Assembly (NCBI GenBank): GCA_052390515.1
Contig: JBQTGV010000183.1
Coordinates: forward strand, 1-16,265
Origin: Candidatus Eiseniibacteriota bacterium
GTDB lineage: Bacteria; ARS69
Direction of reading: 5' to 3'
Length of the DNA stretch: 16,265 nucleotides
The notes below the pieces were generated by a model, which ran no database searches, was not told the DNA's origin, and was given only the letters and a program-made list of their open reading frames with translations. The translations under genes were made by a program, and so were the position numbers. Of this stretch, positions 6,237 to 16,265 are shown in pieces; within the stretch, counting starts at the first letter, position 1; every line of letters begins with the position of its first letter.

Positions 6237-8936
6237 TCAGCCCCTGCCGTCGCCCGGGTCCAGCTCCTGCGTCCACGTCGCGGCGGTGAGCAGCTTCTCT
6301 CGCGCGAACAGGCTGCCATTGGCGCGGCCGGTCACTCGCACCTCCAGGCGGTAGGCGCCGGCCTTCGGCAGCGCGACTCTTCCCGCGAACCAACCTCTCT
6401 CCTTCGCCAGCCTCGCCTCGGTCTTGGAGCCGTCGGGACCGTGGACGGTGACCTTCGCGTGCACGTCCCGTAGCCGTGCCGCCCTCCCGTCCCGAAGCAG
6501 CCTGGCCACGACGTTCGCCGTCGACGGCGGCTTCGTGCCGTCCTGCGTCATCCTTGCTTCGATCCGGAGCCGGGACCGCGCATTCACGATCAGGGTGTAC
6601 GGGACCGCCTGCTTCTCCGGACCCCCGGTCACGCGAACGACCGCCCGCCAGGTTCCCGCGTGCGCCGCCGGCCGATCGGGTACCATGCACGGCAGGATCA
6701 CGCGCATCACGATCACACGATCCGACTCCCGGTACTCCAGCCCGTTCATGAGCTTCGCCATGTCCGCGTCGATCTCCACGCCGTCAGGAGTCTCGAGCGC
6801 GAGACCCATCGGCGCGCCCTCGGGCTTCATGAGGATCGCCTCCAGGCGCTGTTCGTCGCGACATACGGCGAAGTCCACCACCTCGTCGCCGGCCGCCCGC
6901 GTGAGGACGCCGCTCGGATCGAGGAGGCTCGTGAACCCCCCGACCTCGGCGAGAACTTGGCAGAAGAACTTCGCGATCTGCTGCTCGCTGTCGGCGCTCC
7001 ACGCGCCGGTGACGGCGTACTCGCCTCCGGTGGTTCCGGCCAGCGTCATGAGCGCGTCGACGTCGACGGCGCTCGTGTCTCCCGTTCCGACGCCGTACAC
7101 GGGGATTCCCGTCGCGGCCAATGCGGCGAGGTCCAGCGCCGGTTCGCCGGGTCCGGGATTCACCCGCGGGCCCGAGTTCTCGCGGCCGTCGGTCATGAGG
7201 ATGACCGCGCGCGACGCTTCGCCCGTCACGGTGCCGTCGGCGACGCCCAGCACCTGCGCCACCCCGGCCTCCACGCCGGATCCGATGCCCGTCATGCCGT
7301 TGCTGGTGAGCGCATCGATGCGCGTCGTCAAAGCGTCCTGCGTGAGAGCCGGATTGCCGGCGTCGATCTCGGAGGCGGCCACCACCTCCGCTGCAGCGCT
7401 CGAGAACTGAACGATGCCGACGTGCGAATCCCCCTCGGTGACGTGCAGCAGGATGTCAGCGGCGCCCTGCAGCACTTGCAGCCTCGTCATGCCCGGCGTG
7501 CCGGAACCACTTGCCATGCTGCCGGAGGTGTCCAGGACGAGCGAGATCACCGGCCGCTTCTCCACGGCGCGAAGCGCGGCGTACGCGTTGATGCGACCGC
7601 TGCCCCAGAAGGCGGCAGCCCCTCCTGACGGGAACTCCGCCGTCTCCTTCATGACGTCGATCACCTGCGCGGCAGTCAAGTCCGGCCGGTGGCTCCAGAT
7701 CAGGGAGGCGAGACCGGTGGCGTGCGCCGCAGCGATCGACGACCCGTAGTCCTCGTCTGTCCCGCCGCCCAACTCGAGCACGGGCCACGCATAACCCGGC
7801 GCGACGACCGTGACGTTCTGGTGAGATCTGCTGCTCACGCCCTCCCCGGATGGGAGGTAGACAGGCTCGGCGACCGGAATCCCCGTCTGGCAGGTAAACC
7901 CGACGGCGATGACGTGCCCCTGAAAGTCGGGCCATGTCGCATAGGAAGCCGGGGCCACCAGATCCTTGTCACTCCCGTCATTGCCGCCGGCGCAGACCAG
8001 GAGCGCACCGGCCTCACTGGCCTTCTTGCACATGTACTGGAACGTCATCGTTCCGGTTTCGGAGGTCCCGAGCGTCCCGCGCAGGGCACTGTCGGAGAGC
8101 TCCAGACTCAGGTTCACGATCAGGTTCACGCCTTCCTTCTTCGCATACTCGAGCGCCTGCAGTACGCTGGCGAGCACCGTGGAGCAGGAGCCGCTCACGG
8201 AGTCGTCGTCCCGGTCCCCCTTGTCCAGAGCGCGGCAGATCCCGATCGGCGAGGCCCAGTTCATTCCGGCCACGGTGGTGCCGTTGTCGCAGTCGGCGGC
8301 GATCACGCCGGCCAGGGCCACGCCATGACCGTGCAGGTCCGTCATGTCCTCGGGCATCACGTCGGTGAAGACTCCGGTGGGCGTAAAAGTGCTCGTGGAG
8401 TTCTCGATGTAGAGGAAGCTCCCGCCGAAGAGGAACCGGCCCGAGGAGAGATCCGGATGTCCAACCTCGAACCCGTTGTCGACGATCACGACGAACACGC
8501 TGCTCGAGCCGCGCTGGCGCGCCCAGGCTTCACCCATGCCCATGGGGACCATGCCCCATTGCCACGCGCTCCCGTCGCCGGGGTCGGTGAGCAGCGGATC
8601 GTCCGGCATCGTGGTCGGCGTGGTCAGGCCGGTCACCCGGAAGTCGGGCTCGAGCCAATCGATCTCGCTCATCAAGGACTGATTGCCCCGCAGCGCATCG
8701 ATCCGGGCGAGCACCTCGTCGCCGGGGGCCAACCGGATCACCGCGAAGCGATCCGCGCGGAAGGGGATGTGCTCGCCGGCTGCGGCCTCGAGGAGGGCCG
8801 TCAGGCGCGGCACCACTTTCGACTGCGGAACGTCGTCCTTCAGCTTGACGAGGAAACGGTCCGGCCGGAAGCGGCGCTTCCGCCCTCTCCACGTTCCGGA
8901 GACGAAGGAGATGCGGCGGCGGCGGGGGGCTGCCAT
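6237..8936 (-). CDS. S8 subtilisin-like serine peptidase fused to vWA and C-terminal beta-sandwich domains (899 aa)
   Basis: Prodomain-like region (FLVKLK...WLEPDF); triad D153 (VVIVDNG), H204 (HGHGVALAGVIAA), S400 (YGSSIAAAHATG); oxyanion Asn in CAGGND; vWA MIDAS DTSGS from D469 plus LMTDGREN; GGAG SD upstream of ATG. Confidence 0.93.
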   Translation of the reverse strand: MAAPRRRRISFVSGTWRGRKRRFRPDRFLVKLKDDVPQSKVVPRLTALLEAAAGEHIPFRADRFAVIRLAPGDEVLARIDALRGNQSLMSEIDWLEPDFRVTGLTTPTTMPDDPLLTDPGDGSAWQWGMVPMGMGEAWARQRGSSSVFVVIVDNGFEVGHPDLSSGRFLFGGSFLYIENSTSTFTPTGVFTDVMPEDMTDLHGHGVALAGVIAADCDNGTTVAGMNWASPIGICRALDKGDRDDDSVSGSCSTVLASVLQALEYAKKEGVNLIVNLSLELSDSALRGTLGTSETGTMTFQYMCKKASEAGALLVCAGGNDGSDKDLVAPASYATWPDFQGHVIAVGFTCQTGIPVAEPVYLPSGEGVSSRSHQNVTVVAPGYAWPVLELGGGTDEDYGSSIAAAHATGLASLIWSHRPDLTAAQVIDVMKETAEFPSGGAAAFWGSGRINAYAALRAVEKRPVISLVLDTSGSMASGSGTPGMTRLQVLQGAADILLHVTEGDSHVGIVQFSSAAAEVVAASEIDAGNPALTQDALTTRIDALTSNGMTGIGSGVEAGVAQVLGVADGTVTGEASRAVILMTDGRENSGPRVNPGPGEPALDLAALAATGIPVYGVGTGDTSAVDVDALMTLAGTTGGEYAVTGAWSADSEQQIAKFFCQVLAEVGGFTSLLDPSGVLTRAAGDEVVDFAVCRDEQRLEAILMKPEGAPMGLALETPDGVEIDADMAKLMNGLEYRESDRVIVMRVILPCMVPDRPAAHAGTWRAVVRVTGGPEKQAVPYTLIVNARSRLRIEARMTQDGTKPPSTANVVARLLRDGRAARLRDVHAKVTVHGPDGSKTEARLAKERGWFAGRVALPKAGAYRLEVRVTGRANGSLFAREKLLTAATWTQELDPGDGRG

Positions 8937-8996
8937 GCTCGGCTCCAGCGCTTGCGACGGCCGGCGGTCGTCACTCTCTGTCCGGCCTTTCCGATT

Positions 8997-11680
<2,684 letters not shown>

Positions 11681-11684
<4 letters not shown>

Positions 11685-12241
11685 GCGTCGCCCAGCCAGC
11701 GATGCAGGAACGAGCGCGCCTTGAACCAGTCCCGCTCGATCGTGCGTTCGCCGACGCCGAGCGCCTCGGCCGCCTCGGGCACCGACAGTCCGCCGAAGAA
11801 GCGAAGCTCCACGACGCGCACGAGGCGCTCGTTGAGCTGGCCGAGCCGCGCCAGCGCCTCCTCCAGCTCGAGGATCTGCTGGATCCGCGGCGACTCGACC
11901 GCGTGGTGGTCCTCGAGGTCGAGCGGAGCTTCGCCCGCGCCGCGCTTCGCCGCCATCCTCGCCCGCGCATGGTCGACGAGCACGTGGCGCATGGCCCTCG
12001 AGGCGATCGCCATGAAGTGGATGCGGTCGTTCAGGGCGCCCGCATCGCCGCCGGCGAGCCGCAGGTACGCCTCGTTCACGACGGCGGTGGTGCCGAGCGT
12101 GCCGGTGCGACGGCCGCGCAAGTGGAGGTGCGCGACGTGCCGGAGGTCCTCGTAGACGAGGGCGAAGAGGCGGTCCCACCCGTCCTGGCTGCCCCCCCGC
12201 ACGCCCTCCAGAAGGCGGCGGATCTCCTCCGTCGAGGCCAT
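11681..12241 (-). CDS. ECF-type RNA polymerase sigma factor, TIGR02999/ECF43-like (186 aa)
   Basis: LFALVYEDLRHVA, TLGTTAVVNEAYLRL, DRIHFMAIASRAMRHVLVDHAR, KRG, VVELRFFGGLS, TIERDW; GGGAG SD before ATG 12241; coupled to the downstream kinase. Confidence 0.95.
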
Positions 12242-12277
12242 GGCACTCCCGGATCGGGCGGAAAGGTGGCGCCTGCC

Positions 12278-12286
12278 AGCGTACCA
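12278..12286 (-). promoter_or_regulatory. Candidate extended -10 (TGG-TACGCT) for the sigma-kinase operon
   Basis: The minus strand matches TGn-TAnnnT ~36 nt upstream of ATG 12241. Confidence 0.45.
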
Positions 12287-12427
12287 GAGCCCCTCCGCGG
12301 GCGCGACCGGGCCGGCGGAGTGCCGCGGGTCCCTCGGGCGATGGCGGCGGTTTGGTCCCGAATCCGATCTCTCCTGCAGAACCCTAAGCCGCCCGCCATC
12401 CACGGCGGATCCGCGAAGGAGAGCCCC

Positions 12428-13939
12428 ATGCATCCACGCCGCCTCGCCCTGCCGGTTCTCGCCCTCGCCTGCGCGCCGGCCGTCCCGACGGCCTTCGCCT
12501 TCCCCATCATCGACGACTTCGAGACCGGGTCGTTCCATCTCAGCATCTCCGTGCCTCCGTCGGTCTCCGGCTCGTATGCGGTCCCCAGCCCGTCGCACGC
12601 CTTCGCTCCGCTCCGGGAGGTCACGCTGGACCAGGACGGCGGCGGGGCCATCGCCGACGTGGCGCCGGGCACCCGGGTGGACGACGAGCTCGTGTTCCAC
12701 ACCGGCGCCGGCGGGAAGGTCACCCTGATCTACCAGCCCTCCGGGCCGATCGACCTCTCCGCGGGCGGACAGAACGACCGCATCGACGTGGACTTCGGGA
12801 TCATCACCGCGGGCGGCACGCTCGGGGTCTCGCTGGGGGACGCCGGAGGCGGCGCGTACTCCACGTTCCCGCTCGCCCCCGGTCCGGGGAGCGGGGTCGT
12901 CAGCGTTCCCTTCGCGCCGTGGGTGGGCGTCGTGAACCTCTCGCAGATCACGAGCATCGTGCTCTGGGTCGAGCACTCCGACTTCGCCGACTACTCGATC
13001 CGGGACATCCGCGCGATGCGCAAGGACGCGGTCCCCATGACGTTCGACGTGCCGACGGCCGTCGTGATCGGGCCGCCGTACCCGAGCCAGCCGGTCCAGT
13101 TCACGCTGTCGGACGAGAATCCAGCCGGCACGCAGGAGATCCGCGTGCTCGACGCCGTGAAGACGGTGAGCGGCGCGGCGACGCACCTGGCGCTGCAGGG
13201 GGTGGACTCGGGCGGTGACACGGGCCCGGGCGAAGTAGGTGCGGTGAGCTGGTCCTGGAACGAGACGGGCCGGCCCTGGGCGGACAGCTCGTTCGACCTG
13301 CAGGTCGACGTGAACGCCGTCTCGGGTGTCAGCCCCGATCCGTTCTTGCCGGCGCTGCCGGTTCTGACCCCGACCTCCACCGGATTCCTGCTCACGTTCG
13401 ACGTGCTCTATCAGGACGGCGCCGGGCCGGTGGTGATGACGTCGCGGCGGGAGATGGCGTTCGACGCCGGCCCGGGGCAGGCTCTGTCCTTCGCCGGCGC
13501 GATGGTCCACCCGCCGGCTCTCCGCGCGGCCGGACCGAGCACCGGCTTCCGCGTGACGTTCGACCTGATCGGCGGAGCCGCCGTGGACGAGGCCGAGCCG
13601 CTCTTCGAGACGCTGTGCACCGGCGACTGCGCGCCGGCGGCGCCGACTGCCGCACCCGTGGTCCTGCCGCTGCCCGGAGCGCAGGCGCTCCGCGCCATCC
13701 CCGCGGTCACCCGCGGCGGCACCGAGCTTCGCCTGGAGAGGCCGGCGGGTGCGGCCGGGCGCATCGAGCTGTTCGACGTGAGCGGACGGCTGCTGCGGCA
13801 GCTCGTGGTGCGGCGCGGAGCCGCCGTCGTTGCGTGGGACGGCCGCGTCGACGGCGGCGTTGCCGCGAGCGGCGTGTACTTCGCCCGCTTCACCGACGGA
13901 TCGACCGCGTGCTCCACCCGAATCGTGAAGGTCCGCTGA
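12428..13939 (+). CDS. Secreted protein (503 aa) with C-terminal FlgD Ig-like/T9SS-CTD-like domain; paralogue 1
   Basis: SD AAGGAG before ATG 12428; signal peptide MHPRRLALPVLALACAPAVPTAFA-FPIIDDF; tail IELFDVSGRLLRQL...VAWDG...SGVYFARF...TRIVKVR*. Confidence 0.9.
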   Translation: MHPRRLALPVLALACAPAVPTAFAFPIIDDFETGSFHLSISVPPSVSGSYAVPSPSHAFAPLREVTLDQDGGGAIADVAPGTRVDDELVFHTGAGGKVTLIYQPSGPIDLSAGGQNDRIDVDFGIITAGGTLGVSLGDAGGGAYSTFPLAPGPGSGVVSVPFAPWVGVVNLSQITSIVLWVEHSDFADYSIRDIRAMRKDAVPMTFDVPTAVVIGPPYPSQPVQFTLSDENPAGTQEIRVLDAVKTVSGAATHLALQGVDSGGDTGPGEVGAVSWSWNETGRPWADSSFDLQVDVNAVSGVSPDPFLPALPVLTPTSTGFLLTFDVLYQDGAGPVVMTSRREMAFDAGPGQALSFAGAMVHPPALRAAGPSTGFRVTFDLIGGAAVDEAEPLFETLCTGDCAPAAPTAAPVVLPLPGAQALRAIPAVTRGGTELRLERPAGAAGRIELFDVSGRLLRQLVVRRGAAVVAWDGRVDGGVAASGVYFARFTDGSTACSTRIVKVR

Positions 13940-13955
13940 CCTCGAGGAGAACGAG

Positions 13956-15461
13956 ATGAGCCCGGTTCGCCGCCGTCACCTGATCCTGCTGACGCTCACC
14001 GCCGCGGCCGGCGTGGCCGTACCGTCCGCCGCACAGATCATCGACGACTTCGAGGCGGGGAGCTTCGCCTTCGGCCCGGACAGTCTCGACTACATGCCGG
14101 TCGGACCCGGTCATGCGGTGAGCCCGGCCCGGGGCGTGACCACCTACGGGCAGACCTGGGCCACCCTGGCGAGCGGGCTCGGCGACGACGGCGTCGTCAT
14201 GAACGGACCCGAAGGGTGGCAAGCAAACTTCGAATGGCGGCCGCCCCAGCCCGTCGACCTCACGCACGGAGACGCCTACGACCGGTTCATCGTCCGCATG
14301 ACCGCGTCGGACTCCGTGTCCGTTCAGGTGTGCGTCGAGGAGGGTCCCGTCATCTGCGCGTCCTGGTCCGGCACCATCACGATCGGGAACGCGGATCCCG
14401 AGTTCCTGTTCGCGGACATGATCCAGTCGGATCTCGTCGACTTCCATCAGATCACCGCGGTCCGCTTCTGGTTCACCGACGTGGCCGCCGGCGGTCTCGG
14501 CAGCTACGCCACGGTGTGGAGCATCGACGTCGGGCGCTCCGCGTACGGACTCGCCAGCGTGGACGTGATCAACCAGCAGTTCTGCTGGTGTACGGGATGC
14601 CCGCCCGAGCTCTCCGTGATCGACGTCTCCTTCGGCAGCGCGCGCGGCGATCATCAGAAGTACGCCCGGATCGGCGCCATCGTCCCGGCGAACCCCGCTT
14701 TCAAGGTCATGGTGGACTCCTTCGACGACGGCGGTGCCGTGGGATCCTGGGGTCAGTCGCTCGGGAACGCCGTGTACTGGCAGAACACGCCGTACTCCAC
14801 GTCCGCTTTCGAGTTCGTGACGGAGCTCGTCCAGACGGGCGTCAAGGTTCCTACGCTCGCGTCCGCGCCGGTGCTCACCGTCGTCGACGCGAAGACCATC
14901 GCCCTGCAGTACGTCGTCCGCGTGGACGACTCGAACAGCGGCGCGCTGCTCGGCAGCAGCGTCGAGACGGTCCTCTGGGACGTGTTCCCGGGACAGGGGC
15001 TCGAGTTCAAGGCCGTCTCGGTCACGCCGATCGAGCCGGCGCTTCGCGGAGGCGTGACGGGTGGCGCGAACCTCGGCTTCACGCTGGAGACCGACGGATC
15101 CGTCGACACGGCCCTGCCGCTGATGACGTCTCAGACGACCGCGGACTGGGCCCCGGGTATCGCGCCGACGGCCGCGGCGACGCTCGAGCGCGGGCGGCTG
15201 GCCGGCCTGACCGCGGCTCCCAGCGTCACCGCTGCAGGCACGAGGTTCGTGCTGGCCGAGCCCCGCACGCACTCCGGCTCTCTGTCCGTGTTCGACGTGA
15301 CCGGGCGCATCGTGCGCCGTCTGAGCTTCGCCGCCGGAGCGAGCGCGGTGTCCTGGGACGGCTGCAACGACTCCGGCGCTGCGCTGCCCGCGGGCGTCTA
15401 CTTTGCGGCGCTCCCGGAGGCCGGCGGGCCGCTGGCGACGAGGGTCACGCTCGTGAGGTGA
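13956..15461 (+). CDS. Secreted protein (501 aa) with C-terminal FlgD Ig-like/T9SS-CTD-like domain; paralogue 2
   Basis: SD GAGGAG 13944-13949; signal peptide ...AGVAVPSAA-QIIDDF; tail LSVFDVTGRIVRRL...VSWDG...AGVYFA...RVTLVR*; collinear similarity to 12428..13939. Confidence 0.92.
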   Translation: MSPVRRRHLILLTLTAAAGVAVPSAAQIIDDFEAGSFAFGPDSLDYMPVGPGHAVSPARGVTTYGQTWATLASGLGDDGVVMNGPEGWQANFEWRPPQPVDLTHGDAYDRFIVRMTASDSVSVQVCVEEGPVICASWSGTITIGNADPEFLFADMIQSDLVDFHQITAVRFWFTDVAAGGLGSYATVWSIDVGRSAYGLASVDVINQQFCWCTGCPPELSVIDVSFGSARGDHQKYARIGAIVPANPAFKVMVDSFDDGGAVGSWGQSLGNAVYWQNTPYSTSAFEFVTELVQTGVKVPTLASAPVLTVVDAKTIALQYVVRVDDSNSGALLGSSVETVLWDVFPGQGLEFKAVSVTPIEPALRGGVTGGANLGFTLETDGSVDTALPLMTSQTTADWAPGIAPTAAATLERGRLAGLTAAPSVTAAGTRFVLAEPRTHSGSLSVFDVTGRIVRRLSFAAGASAVSWDGCNDSGAALPAGVYFAALPEAGGPLATRVTLVR

Positions 15462-15489
15462 CGGTCATCCGTGAGGTGACGGTCATCCG
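15452..15489. repeat. Exact 18-bp tandem duplication CGTGAGGTGACGGTCATC x2 (+CG)
   Basis: Copies at 15452-15469 and 15470-15487, read directly from the sequence. Confidence 0.95.
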
Positions 15490-16265
15490 CACCGCTTCCA
15501 GGCGATCCCCGGAAACCGGGTCCTCGCGGCATCGACGCCCTGCGGCAGCACCCCGAGCAGCACCCATCCTTCGCCCATGTCCGCCTGCCACACCGGGAGC
15601 CGGCCTTCCGCCGCCGTCCTGCGCAGCTCGCGGAGCAGCGGGTCCCCCTCGCGGAAGAGACTGTGCACCGCGTCGAACGCCCAGAGGTCGACGCCCTGCT
15701 CGCGCGCGTACTCGAGCGTGGCGCGGCGCTCGTGCGCGGTCAGCCGCTCAGCCGACCGCTCTCCGTGCCGCGCGACCTCCGCGTCGTTGAGCCCCAGCCG
15801 ATCGAGGACGCGCAGCCCGCTCACGTACGGAATGACCCCCACGCTGTCGAGCGCGAAGTGCGCGTCCGCGGGCAGCATGCCGTCCTGCACGAGATGACGC
15901 AGTCTCTCCGCCTCGGGCAGCACCTTCGCCACGAACAGGCGATGCTCCTCCTGACGGATGCCGGTGAACGCGAGCGTCGTGCGGTCCAGCAGCCGGCGGT
16001 GCGCCGCGGCGATCTCCCGGAGACCCGGCAGCGCGAGGATCGGATCCCGGTCCGGATGCAGGAACACGCGCGCGTCCGGCAGCGCCGACTGTCCCCCGGG
16101 AAAGCGCGCCAGGTACCTCTCCGGGAACTGCACGTGCGACTGTCGCGGGATCACGACGAGCCCCGCGACCACGACCGCCGCGGCCACCGCGGCTCCGGAA
16201 GCGCCGACCCGGCCGGCCGGGAAGGCGCGGAGCCCCTCCGCGATCAGCAGGAAGGCGAACGGCAG
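15483..16265 (-). CDS. 3' part of a membrane protein, probably a GT-C superfamily glycosyltransferase (AftB/arabinofuranosyltransferase-like); starts outside the window
   Basis: The frame is open to the window edge (LPFAFLLIAEGL..., then a TM helix). The motif ALDSVGVIPYVSGLRVLDRLGLNDAEVARH matches the GxxPY...DxLGLxD pattern of the periplasmic C-terminus of such proteins. Confidence 0.7.
   Translation of the reverse strand: MPFAFLLIAEGLRAFPAGRVGASGAAVAAAVVVAGLVVIPRQSHVQFPERYLARFPGGQSALPDARVFLHPDRDPILALPGLREIAAAHRRLLDRTTLAFTGIRQEEHRLFVAKVLPEAERLRHLVQDGMLPADAHFALDSVGVIPYVSGLRVLDRLGLNDAEVARHGERSAERLTAHERRATLEYAREQGVDLWAFDAVHSLFREGDPLLRELRRTAAEGRLPVWQADMGEGWVLLGVLPQGVDAARTRFPGIAWKRCG

Noticed and set aside
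8850-8936. Tat signal on the S8-vWA protein
   Set aside because: Twin arginines are present, but no hydrophobic h-region or AxA cleavage site follows.
11685-12179. 165-codon N-terminal extension of the kinase ORF overlapping the sigma factor (possible fusion or overlapping gene)
   Set aside because: The extension is Arg/Pro/Gly-rich off-frame translation typical of high-GC DNA. The ATGA overlap and the family-typical MTSPERW start define the real N-terminus.
15452-15489. CRISPR repeat
   Set aside because: Only two directly adjacent 18-bp copies, with no spacer and no cas genes.

Overview
Very GC-rich bacterial DNA. The FlgD-type C-terminal tails and a terminal 'SWGRLKTLY' motif suggest an FCB-related candidate lineage such as Eisenbacteria, Krumholzibacteria or Latescibacteria; this is inference only. 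From left to right: (i) a visibly lower-GC ~2.1 kb islet (~100-2210) with three co-oriented secreted-protein genes, two of them broken by frameshifts; (ii) an ABHD13/YfhR-like alpha/beta hydrolase (minus strand, probably leaderless), divergent from a membrane Ser/Thr kinase with TolB-like and TPR domains that is followed by a small lipoprotein; (iii) a minus-strand cluster of an ECF43/TIGR02999-type sigma factor, a translationally coupled Ser/Thr kinase with TPRs whose subdomain IX Asp is Ala, and an S8 subtilase-vWA-beta-sandwich protein with no signal peptide; (iv) divergent from the sigma factor, two tandem paralogous ~500-aa secreted proteins with FlgD/T9SS-like C-terminal domains; (v) the 3' end of a GT-C-like membrane protein, meeting the second paralogue at an exact 18-bp tandem duplication that contains both stop codons. 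No rRNA, tRNA, CRISPR array, transposase or integrase was seen. The best candidate for an undescribed system is the phosphorylation-controlled ECF43/kinase module flanked by an uncharacterised secreted paralogue pair and a subtilase-vWA protein. All family assignments come from motif reading, not database searches.
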